Part shown: piece by piece, positions 25,974-38,067 of the stretch
Numbering within the stretch: the stretch's first letter is position 1
Layout of the letters: each line of letters starts with the position of its first letter
Origin: Vermamoeba vermiformis
Taxonomy: Eukaryota
Length of the DNA: 64,000 bases
Assembly (NCBI GenBank): GCA_045837725.1
Contig: JBEWZL010000179.1
Span: 372,001 to 436,000 of the forward strand
Direction of reading: 5' to 3'
The notes under the pieces: model-generated
The model's input: the letters and a program-made list of their open reading frames with translations, nothing else
Databases searched by the model: none
Told to the model about the DNA's origin: nothing
Position numbers and translations under genes: made by a program

Positions 25974-28900
25974 TTAGAGAAGTTTCTTAATTTCTCCGAT
26001 ATGGTTCTTACGAGTTGATATATCTTTTCTCTTGCCGCACAGCAGATCCGTTCGGTACTTGTTCTTCATTTCGTAAAAGATCTTTGTGGTCAGATCCGTC
26101 ATTTTTTCTTTACGGCCCTTAGTAGTGAACTTGGAGAGCTCTGAATCCAAATCAGCCGATCGTTGCAAGAAGATATCATATTCCTCCTGTTGCTCATCAT
26201 TCTGGGCAGCTCTGTCAAGCAGATCTTGCGTGGCAAAAATGACTCGTCGAGCAGTCATAAAGTTATCTTCAGATTCAAGGCACATTTTGCCGCATTGTTG
26301 CAGACAGTTCAAAGCGACAGCAGCGACATCAATGTGCTTCTCAGCCTTCTTTCGTGAGGTCGTAACAGGAACTCTTTGTGTGATGACACGTTGACATTTC
26401 ATGCCGTTCATGCGCGTGTATTCAATCTGAACTTGTACGGGCAAGCTTTCAAACGGCAACTTCGCCTTCTTTTCTTGCTTGGCCTCGATGCTCTCGACAA
26501 GTTCTTTGCCCTTAGCCGACAAAGTGAACTCAAAGGTGAGATCAGACAACTGGTTGACGTTGCCAATATCGACCTTGAGCACGTTAGTCTCGGCACCTGC
26601 CTTCTTGTCCGATTTGGAACTCTTCGACTTCTTCTTGTTAGTGTTGTTCTCAGCGCCCTCAACGCGAACATCAACGGAGCCTTGACGGAAGGCAAGTTGC
26701 TCGGGCAGACGGAACTCCAACTTGACATCAGTGGCCAAGGTAGGGTTGTCAATGATGGCACGCATTTTGCGTTGGAGCTCGAGAGGCTTGACGATAGTGA
26801 CGTCACCACCAGTAATTTGAGCACATTTGCCCAAGATACCAAGACCGCAATCTTCGCCTTCGAGACCGATCACAGACACCGGAGTGTGGTGTTGAAGTGC
26901 TGTTTGGGCCAATCTGTCGTAGAACTTTTGCACTTGAGTCTTCGAGTCGGGCTTGTCCATGGCACCGAGACCAACGTTGCTAAGACCGTCAGTGCACAGA
27001 ATGACTGAGCCTTGAGGAGACTTCGAGGCCATAGCAATAGCGACGGTCAGTGCAGGGCCAAGCGCAGTAGCACCTCCTTCTTCGAGCGCCAAGATCTTGT
27101 CCGTGAGAGTCTTTTGACTTTCTTTGACCGGTTGAAGCTTGTCAATGGCCACGGTTTGACCGAGCTCCATGAGAGCCTCAAAGTTGTTCAACTTGTCACC
27201 AGCAATGACAGCTTGATTGCTAATCTGAGAACTGCCGTCACCGATCAATTGAACTTCGTTGTTGAACGTGATCAAGCAGACGCGTCTGTTGGGATGAGCT
27301 TTCTTCAACTCTTCGATTTGAATTTGAACTGCAGCTAACACGCACTCCATGCGAGAGATATATTGAATGTTGTGGCTCTGACGGGGCATGTACTGACTTG
27401 AGCCCTCCGCCCATTGATTGAACAACTCTTCGTCCTTCTTTTTCTTCTCGCCTTGCAATTGGAACAATCCAAAGCCCTTTGGGATCTCAGATGTCACGCA
27501 CATAGAACCGCTGATGTCGACGCAGAAGATGACGAGGCCTTGGTCTTCGTTCTTATCGACAGGTGCGGGTGCCTTCATGAAGTCAATCGCTTGATCATTG
27601 ATCGTGGCGTACTCTTCGACCTCTTCTTTGTCAACTTCGGTCTGGTTATTGCAAAACTCGCAAGTCCATTTGCCGTTCTTAATTTCCGAGAGCGGTGAGA
27701 ATATAGCATTGCACTGGGAGCATGAGATGGCATCACCAGTCATCATGTGGGCCTCACGGCCGAGCGTGCCAAAGCCAAGTGAGACGACGTTAGTGTCAGC
27801 CATTCGAATAGGCTCACCCTTCTTCTTCTTGTCGCCCTTCTTGCTCTTGCTGCCATCAAACTTGTCGCGGATTTCGAGGATCTTCATGCGGTCCTTGGCC
27901 ACGCTGAAACCCATGCTCTTCAAGAGGTCGTGATCGAGCTTGGCGAGGTCATCTTCAGTCAACTCGTTCTCTTCAAATTGTTTGACGTATTCGGCTGCCT
28001 TCTCGGCGCTAAGATCGCTCGAGCCAAAAAACTCTTTCCAGCTAAAGTCTTCGGATTTCTCTTTCTTCTCGTCCTTTTCTGCGGCCTTTTTCTTCTCCTT
28101 CTCTTCGTCTTTCTTTTTCTTCTTGTCGTCGCTGCTGTTTTCACGAGTGAACATTTTGCCGATCTTAGAAAAGAATCCAGAGCCAGGTGCTGATTTCTTG
28201 CGCTCAACACGTTGCTCATCGGGCTTGCGCAATCCAGCAATTGTCACTTGTTTTCGGTAACTACAAACAATTAGTATCGGTCTGCTTGCATTTATTAGAA
28301 TCTACTTACGAGTCTTCAATCGTAGGATCATACTCTTGGATGAAATCTGCCAATGGGTGGGTTAGATTATGAAGAGAAGAATGACGTTGACTTACGATTT
28401 TGAATAAATTGAACAGTAATGGCAGATTTGCCGACACCTCCAGAACCAACAATAACGAGCTTGTATTCAACTGATATACGAGGAATCATGCGAACAAGCT
28501 CGAAGATCGACTCTTCAATGTTGACTCGCGTTTTGGCTGAGGTTTCCATAAATGGAATTCCCCATTCTCGAGCCAGAAGAGCACCTTCATTCGTTGAGAC
28601 CTCTCGCTCATCAACCAAGTCAACTTTGTTGCCGACTAAAATACAGAAAGGGTGATCTGTGTCCTTGACGCGCTGAACTTGCTCGTAAATGCTTTTGGCC
28701 TCCTCAAAAGAGGATCTGCTCGTGATCGAATAAACCAAAATAAATCTGATTCTAAAGTTAGCCCCTGATCTTGACAAAAGACGAGGATAGTAATTACCCT
28801 TGGCCAGCACGGTAGTACTGATCGCGCATTGCGCTGTAAATTTCAAAGTTAATTTTTCTACGATGCCAATTCGTATGAACGTCACTAGTTACCTGTACTC

Positions 28901-29139
28901 TTCTTGACCAGCCTATTGCGAAATTTAATTAATTTCACTCCGATCGAAAATTGGTCGTTTAATCCACTTACTGTATCCAAAATATCAAGCAAGCAGGTTT
29001 CTCCGTTCTCGTAACGGCTTTGTATGTTGTTACTTTTTTGTGCCACTTGAACGACTCCTTCCTCCAGTTTCTTTTCGAAATCTGGCACGAAGATCGTCTC
29101 GTCCAAGCGCAACAAAAGAAATTTACTTCCAAAGTCCAT
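25974..29139 (-). CDS. Circularly permuted Ras protein (cpRas) with SAM-like, Sec23/24-type Zn-finger and VWA domains
   Basis: Motif order is LDTAGQEEY (G3), GNKVD (G4), ETSAK (G5), then GSGGVGKS (G1) and [12 protein letters not shown] (G2). Large last exon has CSQC...WTCEFC, FCVDISGSM and LCTDGLSNVG. Confidence 0.93.
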
Positions 29140-29318
29140 CCCGTGTTGCTGTGTTTACTGTGAATTATATAGATAAAGAAACTGACAGAAAAACCAAAAA
29201 TATTCAAAAGTAATTTTAAACGCTCTCTGATTGGCTGGTTAAAAATAAGTCAAGTTGTGCACACGAATGCATTAACATACGTTTATTAAGATCAAAAATG
29301 CCGCAACGATATTTATAT

Positions 29319-30893
29319 CTATTTGTTAGAAGGCCTATGAACAAAAAGTTAGTCTCGTCGCATCCGGTTGAATATAAAGATCACTTACTTAGCCCATTCT
29401 ATGCTCAAAATCAAGTGATTGAAACCTGTGCCATTCAACCTCTCCAAAGCTCTGGCAGCATCGTCACGGTTTCTGAAGTTAATGAAGGCGAAGCCCTAGG
29501 ATCCGAAATCAGCTATCATGCCACAAGACAAAACGAAGAGTTGACTTACCTTTGAGTGACCTTGAGGAGTTTTAGCCAAGAAAATTCTGGAAATGTAACC
29601 GAAAGGTCGGAAAAGATTTTCGAGATCCTGTTTGCAGGGTTAGTTTGTGCGCAGAGAAGGTCATTACAGCGACCACGTACCTCATCAGTAGTATCTTCAC
29701 TCAAGTTGGTAACACGGATGGTAGACGTCTCAGGCTCTTGTTCCTCTATACAACAGCTGTTAGGTCTTGTTCAAACGCAATAAACTAGAGTTGGACTTAC
29801 GTTGACTGGCAGCAAGGGGTCTGGCCTTGATGCCTCTGCTACCAGGAGGTTGATAGACACCAGCTCTGGCGTCCTTGGCGGGAGAAGCGGGAGGTGCTTC
29901 TTGAGTGGCGCTGGGAGCTTGAGCTTGACGTCGCTAGAAAAGGGTTAGTTTCACGAGCATTTCAGCAACGTTGCTGAGCAGCTATTTACGTACTTGACTG
30001 AAAGTGCCTTGAGGCATGAGAAGTGCAAGTTCTTTCTTGGCGCGCTCTTCGGCAGCCTTCATTTCCTGTGAAAACAACAAGCGTTAGCAAACAATACATC
30101 TGCTCACGCGTGATTGTGGTGACACTTACGAGTTGCTTTTGGTTCAAAATCAAGTAAACTTCGTCACCAGTTGCAGTGATACCAGGCTCGGGACCAGGAG
30201 GCTTGCCTTCGACAATACCAAACTTCTTCCAAGTCTGCATTAATGGTAAATATTCGGCTGTACACGCAACTCAAATTTTCATTCAGCTTCGTACCTTTCG
30301 TCTAGCATCAGCGTTTTTGTTAACCTTCTTAGTTTTCTTGACGAGGCGGACTCGTTTCAAAATCTAAATTTATAATTAGACGTTGTTGGTGGTTCTTGGA
30401 TTCGTCTGTTCTGCATTTTTTCAATTTCTTACTTTTTGCTTTCTACCGTCCTCTGTAGTTCTGATTTCCTCAATAGTTCGTTCATTTTCGGGTTCTTCTT
30501 CGTTGTATTCCTCGTCTGTTAATTATTAAAGGAATTATTAATATTTGATCTGGATCGAATATTTTTTGCTCGGTTTAAAAATAGCATTTCAATATCGCGA
30601 TCGTGTCCAACAACAATAAATGCATTTTAATTATATTATTATAACACTAAAACCTCCAATAATTTTTTTAAACGAAGATCTTACCTTCCTCATCGAGCTC
30701 ATCTCCCCACTTGAGCTTGTTTTCTTCCTGAGCACGTGTGCTATTGAATAACGTATTATTATTTGTTATGGTGATTATAATACAACGAATGAAGTTTGTG
30801 AAAATGGATTGTGAGATTCGTATCAGTTGATCGAGCTCGAAAGACATCGTTGTAATTGATTGTCCGCCATACTAACCTTTCCATTGTTGACAT
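29319..30893 (-). CDS. EIF3G: Translation initiation factor eIF3 subunit G
   Basis: KLKWGDE, ARRKTWKKFG, GPEPGIT, VYQPPG and the C-terminal RRM TIRVTNLSEDT...GFAFINF...LNGTGFNHLILSIEWAKPS. Confidence 0.92.
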
Positions 30894-31128
30894 TATGTTC
30901 TTATGTGACTAAAATAACAAAAAAAAAGCTCGTTCTCTGAGCCAAAAAACTCTCTCAAATTTATTCGGCCACAAACACGCGAGCCAAGAAACAAAAGCGA
31001 AGACCACACGAAGATCGTTCGAATATATAATTTAATTATTTACAAGTACAACGACAAGGCGCTCCTCTTTTGAAGGGCTATGCCGGTAAACAAAAAACAA
31101 CTAGTTACAAAAAAAGGGCACTAAAACT

Positions 31129-32460
31129 TTACATGGGCATGTTGGTCGCAGAGAACATTCCGTTGTCGTCAAAGTTGAACTCTAACGGCAGATCGTCTTG
31201 TTGCTGTTGCTGCAGTTGGAGGTCGTGGTGATGTTGTTGCACGGCAGCTTTGTTCTCGTGATCCACGTAATTGTTGTTAAAGAACATCTGTGACACGGGT
31301 GTTTGGGGAGTCTGAGGCGTGCCCAAGATTTGAGCGTAGATATTTGTGTTGGCGTTGTCCTCGTATTTGGGCATAGGAGAGGGCATGGGCGAGTGTTGCA
31401 CAGGGAACACAGAGGGCGATTCCATAGCATGAACAGCTTGAGCCAAGAAACCGTCCTTAGCAGCGTGGCCAGAGACTTGTTCCTCGAGCTTCTTGTAAGT
31501 GCCGTCGACGGTGAGTGTCTTAAGCATGCCCTTAACGGCAGACAGTTCCTTTTGGAGGCGCTGTTGTTGTTGGATGAGTTGCAAGATGACACCTTCAAGA
31601 GTTTCAAATCGTTGCTTGTTCATGAGGCGCTCGTTGGCAAGTTCGTGTGCCAAGTTGCCGTGTTCAGTCTTCAACATCTCGTTCTCTCCCTTGAGAATGC
31701 TGTTTTCGTTTTTGAATCGGGTGACATCCGTGTCGACAATATGAATAGGAGGTGACATAACTGAAGTTGGTGTGCTGAAACCAGATGTGCTAACATTTTG
31801 GACCTTCTTTGGGGGCTCGCTAAACACAATAAATAAATAAACGAACTTTCGGAAATCTGACAGGAGATTTGCACGTTCTATTAAGACACAAAATCTCTTC
31901 ATTTATGCACAATAATATTCTATATATTTACCTTTCATCAGATTCCAACGCCCTCTTCACTTGCTTTCTTCGGGTAATGTGCTTGAGTTGAGATTCATCG
32001 CCGCGAATAAAGTAATCGTTCTCGTGCTTGAACTGCAGAGGGATTATTAGAATTATTTGCTTACACTACGCCGTAGACCGAGGGCGGGTTAAGGGTTGTA
32101 ATTTCTTGAATTAATTGTTTCTCAAATTTTATGCCAAACAAGATTCGCGTTCAAACTTACAGTCCATTGCTCGGGGTGGATTTTATGGAAGCCGTAGATG
32201 TTCAACTGTCTTTTGGATGATAAATAAATTAATAATTGGCTCCTTGCACGTAAACCGAAGTATAATTACCTGACGAAGCTGCAGAAGTTGTTGTGCTTGA
32301 AGTACTTCGGCAGAACGGTCGAGGCAAATTCGCTTGGGTTGTACACGGTGAACGATTTTCCATCATCGCTCCAGTTAGCATAAGGATGCACGGTCGCATC
32401 CGACATCAAGCGGAAGGTTTTAATAACGAAAGGAGGGAGGTTGCCTTCTTTTTCAGTCAT
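31129..32460 (-). CDS. Heat-shock-factor family transcription factor
   Basis: HSF DNA-binding domain PPFVIKTFRLM...WSDDGKSF...[24 protein letters not shown]...F.H..FIRG...LKHITRRK, then a heptad coiled coil and a Q/P-rich tail. Confidence 0.95.
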
Positions 32461-32748
32461 TTTATAGATTGTGGCCGTTGAACAAGTGTACTGACGAAAA
32501 AGCCGAGGGCCGGCGTGTTATTTGTATTGTCGTAGGAATATCGCAATGACCGAATTTGCTGCAGGATTTTTATGCAACTAATTTTCATAAAACTGCGGGA
32601 TTTCATTCTTCTGGAAGCTTTACTTATAAGGAAAGTGGCTGTACTCGTGACATTATTCGTGCAGTAGCGCCTCTAAGGCCACTCGGGTTTTTATCGATAC
32701 GGTTAATCCGTTTATTTTTTTTTGTTTATTTACAGATGCGGATTTGGT

Positions 32749-35700
32749 TTAAATATCGGTGCTGTGCAGCGCTTTGTAGATGGCTTCTAGCAAATAGCTC
32801 ATGTAAGATCCCCACGAGCGCACGATGTATGCTAAGAGACTGACATTGAGCGATGCCTAACGAAAAGTTAGATCGGATTAACTGGATCGAGCTACTAGAC
32901 TTACGCTCTTCGATTCGCCGCACAAAGCTGATGCTACTAGCTTAATTTGAACCGTGCAGCGAATAATGGCTTCAAGGGTGAGAAGCAATTCTTCAATCAG
33001 AATATTGTTCGAGCAAACGAGGCAGATCGGGTTAATCAGCTCAGAGGTCTTAGAAATAGAGTTGATTATGCTAATGACGGCCTCCATAATATCTTCATAA
33101 TGCGGTGGGTCCTAAATAGCAGATAGTTGGTATAACAGGTTCAGAAAAAGAGTAGTGTACACGATCAACTTACGTTCAAAAATGCTGTCTTGAGGATCTT
33201 GATCTGCTCAATCTGTTCCGAGATAACTAACATAAGTTCCTTCTCATCAGCCATCAAGCCATTTTCTTGAGCTTTAGTGTAATATCTGTCCTTGGAGTGG
33301 CTCATCAACTTCATCGCTTCATCAAACACCTGAGCCATGTCACCAGAGATCTTGGCACGAGGAGAAGCGGCTAACCTCTAGTTAGTAAGTGGCTAATGGT
33401 GGCAATATATTTAGTAACTTACGATTGATTTCAGGTTTGAGTGTCGAAGCAATAATGCGAACGTGTTCAGCGACCTTTTTGAAGAGTGTTTCTGTGTTGC
33501 GAATAGCTCTGTCGTCATTTGATACTTTGGCAATTGAGGCGCTAATAACGAGACCACGTGCGGCCTGTGCAATAATGTAGCAGCTCTCGTGCAGCTCATT
33601 TTGTGCTTGAGGATGTTTGACATCGGCGAAGGTGTAATCCAACACCAGAGAGCTCAACTATTGAACGTGTCAGCGGGCTTATGCAATGCCAACAAGCAAG
33701 TAGTGATAATTTACCTTGACAATATCAATGGCAGTTTGATCAAGGAGCTCTTCAGTGGCCTCTTCTTGGCCTTGGCACCATCGAACAACACGGCGAGTGT
33801 TGACAACTGAGCCTTGCATAGCAATAACAATGTCATCGACTGAAGCACCTTCGACAGTGGAATAGATCTTAGATGTCTCCGCGACCAATCGTTGCATCAC
33901 AGCTCTACATAAAAGGTTAATGTTACGCACGTGCATTCGCTTGGAGTTACGTACTTGAACGGAGCGACATTGGCAACACCACCGCTGAATTGTTTGATTG
34001 CTTCGTACATGTCCTTGATTACGCTGGTTTGAAGCACGTTGGAAATGTCCAACAGGCTCTTTGTCTTTGCCTTATCTTCCAACGAATTAGCGAACGGTTC
34101 AAGGTTCGTGAACATCGTTTTGAGGGCGGTCGAAAGAACTTTAATCTCGAGGAACAGTTTCTTCACCTAAATGCCAATAAAGAATCAGCGTCTTAAAGTA
34201 GCAATATAAGCGAGGCACTTACGTCAAAGTCTACTGTTCCAAAGTCTGCACCAGTAGTGATCTTAATCAACTTGCACAGGCTGTCGGTGACTTCAACGAG
34301 GTTGATCGAGCCAACTTGACTCTTAGGAGCCTTCTCCGAGGAAGATGACGTGGACTTTGAGGACTTCTTTTCCTCTTTAGGCGTCAATGTGCCCTTTGGA
34401 ACCTCCATAGTCGTGTGACGCTTAGCTTTGTACGTGCTACGCAATTATGTTAGTGACGTGTTGGATTATTAAAGTGCTTGTACCTGGCATCACGAATTTT
34501 CTTCGAGGAGGTTGTACTCGCATTGGGACTCTTAGACTTTGAGCTAGAACTGCTCTTCTTGCTCGTGTTTGACGAGCTGGAGCTTGTCTTAATTGGAGTC
34601 GTTACCTCGTCTTTCCTTTCATTAATAGCAGAACCAGAGGCGCTGTGATGGAAAAGATCATTTACGTTTGATTTCGTCAATGGTGCACGAGCTGTAATCG
34701 TCGAATTTCTTGTGCGGGAAAATTGTGAGGCTGACAGATCTGGTAATTTACTAGTCGTAGAACTGATGGGCGCTAGTTAATATCCGAATATTATTATAAA
34801 GATAGTGTTCTTACGGTCCCTCGGTAGCGCTTCGTTTATGTTGCGTGGGTGAGTTAGAAATGGTTCCAGACCGTCCTCGAGGACTCACAACCTCAGGTTG
34901 GGGAGCAGGTTCAGTTTGTTTCTGTGTAATCGCTGTCTTTGCAAATTGTTCGGCTAAAACAGCTGCTTTAATTGTACTAGGATTCGGCGCTGCATCTTGG
35001 CCCTAATAAAGGAATAATTTACATTATGAAATTTACACCATATTTTTGCATTGCCACGCGCATTAAAATAAGTAGAAGTAAATCGTCGTAAATAAAATAA
35101 AATCTAAGCCAATCATCTCCATATAATATTTTTTGCCATACCATCAGTCTCTACGTTACAATTAAAATTAATGAGTCATTTGAACAAACACGTACCTTGG
35201 ACTCCCTTCTAGTCGAGGGTTTCTCAATAAAAATAGTCTTGTCTCCCCATCGCACAGGAATCATTTCAACTGTGGGGGCTGCGGGAGCTTCCTCTGGTTC
35301 AGGTGCATCTGATCGCGAATTAAATACTGCTTACAACGAGGGTTGGATCTAGGTACTTACTTTGCTTAGCATATTTTTCGACGCATGCTATTTAAATTTG
35401 AAAATAATGTTAGTTTCGAGCTAGAGAGGGCGGTACATAATGGCGATCACAGATTCGGTTTTTTGATAATCGGTATGTTAACTGCGCTTACCTCTATAAT
35501 AGTTCCTAAATTTATCTGAGAGCTTTCCCATAAAGTCTGTAACGTTATCTCCAGCGTTGCTCGTAACACTTGGATTTGCGCCGGCTTCGAGCAAGAGCTT
35601 GGCTGATTCTTCTTGACCAGCAGAGACCGCTCTCAAAAGAGGCTATAAAAAATGTTAATAATCTGATCAAAAAGCAATAAGATAAAATTCTAGAAATTAG

Positions 35701-36172
35701 ATCGGCCAGAGAGGATCATTTTTTTGTGTTGCTGAAAAACAAAAAATTCAATTCGCCAGGCTTTCTTATAACATATCTTGTCTTATTTAAGCAAAAGTAA
35801 GGTGATTTGAATTTCTTATATAAAGCCAAAGATTCTTTAAACGGCTATGAATTTATTATTGGCAAGCGCTTGTAATGATTGCGAATTATGGAATAAGCCG
35901 TCTATAATTCATTATATTCTATATATTGACTAAATTTAGAAAAGATAAGACTGCATCCATGGTCATACCGTGAATCCTTGATTGTCGGTAACATCCGCTT
36001 CAAGACCGCGGTCTAAAAGAAATGTAACCATTTTAGTAGCGCCTCTTTCGGCTGCGTGGTGCAAAAAAGAATAGCCTTTATCGTCACGAGCCTTCAAGCC
36101 GATGCCTTTGGAAAACAAAAGCCTCATGCCTTCGACATCGTTAGAACGAGCAGTGGTCCAAATATCCGACAT
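32749..36172 (-). CDS. Ankyrin-repeat protein with S/K-rich linker and C-terminal vinculin/alpha-catenin-like helical bundles
   Basis: Ankyrins GYSFLHHAAERG and GFTPLLRAVSAGQEESAKLLLEAGANP. The exon junctions checked keep the frame through a low-complexity linker to amphipathic helical bundles ending EELLLTLEAIIRCTVQIKLVASAL. Confidence 0.75.
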
Positions 36173-37144
36173 TTGTGTATTAGTTCTAACAAGTGTTCTA
36201 GTCTTGAGTGTCGAAATGAAACAAAATGGAAGTTTTGAATTGTTTAAAATCACGTTGTTAATCTCGGAATTGTGAACAGTTTGGATTAAAGGTTCCAACC
36301 GCGCGTCACAAATTCCCATTGGATGCCATTAGGGAGGTGCCTATTGATTCTATTGGCCGCTCTAAAAATAATGCTGACCAATGGCGTAATAGTCTTTGAT
36401 CCAAAAATGGAAGGGCATCGGTCTCTAGTGGCAAATCGAAGCTCTTTGCCGTGCACTGTGTATTCTAATGTTTATTCTTCTGCCTCCCGCAAACGGCAGC
36501 ATTAAACAGCGCTTTCGAACGATTTGAGCTTCGATCTGGATAAAACAAACGCAGCGTTGTTACACATGATACAATTGCCTGCATGTGGTCGAACAATAAG
36601 CTTGAATGAGATTTCGCCACCAAACGCATACAGCCTGCACTTCAATCGCGAAAAAGCGACCCGCAAGATCTGATCCGCGTGGATCTGCACAGCGCCAAAG
36701 AGCGCCATAAGGCCTCTACGGAAAGTTTGCGTTTTGGCATGGTATTGCCCGTAGAAATTGCGAGATCCATGACTACACTCTACTACATTCGCAGATTCAC
36801 TAACTCCGAAAATCCTACTAACTTAGCCGAAAAACCCCAACCGGCCACTCAAAGTAAATATTCAACATACTGAGTTTCACGTGCCAGATGAATTAATAGT
36901 GCACTACAAACGAAGTTTCTTTAATTTTAAAACTGACGAATCAGAGCGTTTCAATTCACCCTAAGCTAGAGATTCCTACGATGCCATTAATTCGCTTTTG
37001 GTTTATTTAATGTAATTTTACAGATTGGACTGTGACACCTTGTTGGTACCACGGAGAATTCGAACTGCACAGTTGAATCGATTTTTATGGGCGAGAGGGA
37101 TGGTCGTAAACGTCTGGTTGTATTGCTCGCCAGGCAAACACTGA

Positions 37145-37861
37145 TTAATAGCGATTCGTGCCTAAGAGTAGCTGAATAGCACCAACCATTGACAGAATGA
37201 ACGAATGAGTGAGCACTGTGCAACCGCTAGTTCTAGGAGTGTTAGAGATTGGACTTCTTTGAGGTGAAGAGGGACTATTTTGAACACTAGGACTGCCCAC
37301 TTGTACTGTCGGTGCCCCAGGGACTATCTTGTCTGGGGCGTTGCAGAAGTAAGTGTCGCAACAGAGCACATTCTGATAAGTGCTCTTAAATCCCTCACAG
37401 TTGGTGGCAGTATCAATCGCGTACATCTCTTGCTTGGTGCCTAGACCATCAGTCGTGCTGTAGTACACGCACACGAAGGCTCCTTTTTGAAGCGGCTTGC
37501 TAACTGGCAGCACCATTCCTATATTCGTGATGCTCGTCACGTAGCAGGAGCGATATTCCAAGGTATCTGGTGGTGCCATACAGAAGTCACTAGAGCAGTA
37601 TTGGAAATTCGAAAATTCGGAGTTGGATTCGAAGTCGGCTATTTGATTGTTTGTGGCATAAGAAAAAGCAGTTTGAATGCTTTCATTGGGGCCGACATAG
37701 CACGGTGTTTTGCACACATAATCGTAGCGCACGCATACATCCGCAGCCAATAAAAGGTTAGAAACCAGGCCATCATTTAAGTTGCCGACCAGGCAATTGA
37801 GAGCTGCAGCAGATGAAACCGCCAAAGCGAAAATAACTATAATTATCTTGTTGTTGTTCAT
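37145..37861 (-). CDS. Intronless secreted, probably GPI-anchored Cys-rich protein with two Ly6/three-finger-like repeats
   Basis: Signal peptide, then LNCLVG...CVRY...YCSSDFCM and RSCYVT...CVYY...CCDTYFCN, an S/P-rich stalk and a hydrophobic tail. Confidence 0.65.
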   Translation of the reverse strand: MNNNKIIIVIFALAVSSAAALNCLVGNLNDGLVSNLLLAADVCVRYDYVCKTPCYVGPNESIQTAFSYATNNQIADFESNSEFSNFQYCSSDFCMAPPDTLEYRSCYVTSITNIGMVLPVSKPLQKGAFVCVYYSTTDGLGTKQEMYAIDTATNCEGFKSTYQNVLCCDTYFCNAPDKIVPGAPTVQVGSPSVQNSPSSPQRSPISNTPRTSGCTVLTHSFILSMVGAIQLLLGTNRY

Positions 37862-38067
37862 TGTAGTATGCGCTGAAAAGCGAAAAAAAAATCTTTCGGC
37901 CCGTTGTACCAAAGTCAACGTTGGTCAACCTTTAAGAAATAGATCAGATCAAGGAATAAAGCAAGACGAACGGTTGTGTCCCGACATCCCAAATTCTCAT
38001 TAGTCTAAAATGCCGTCAATTCAATGTTTGTTTATTTGATGTAATTTTAAATCATCTCGCGAGCACC

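Noticed and set aside
26086-28260. Several long plus-strand ORFs (up to 210 aa) opposite the cpRas last exon
   Set aside because: Antisense shadows of a codon-biased coding exon, with no recognisable motifs.
30781-30854. 8-bp terminal stem (TACAACGA/TCGTTGTA) in eIF3g intron 1, possible intronic snoRNA
   Set aside because: No correctly placed C (RUGAUGA) and terminal D (CUGA) boxes or H/ACA layout on the transcribed strand.
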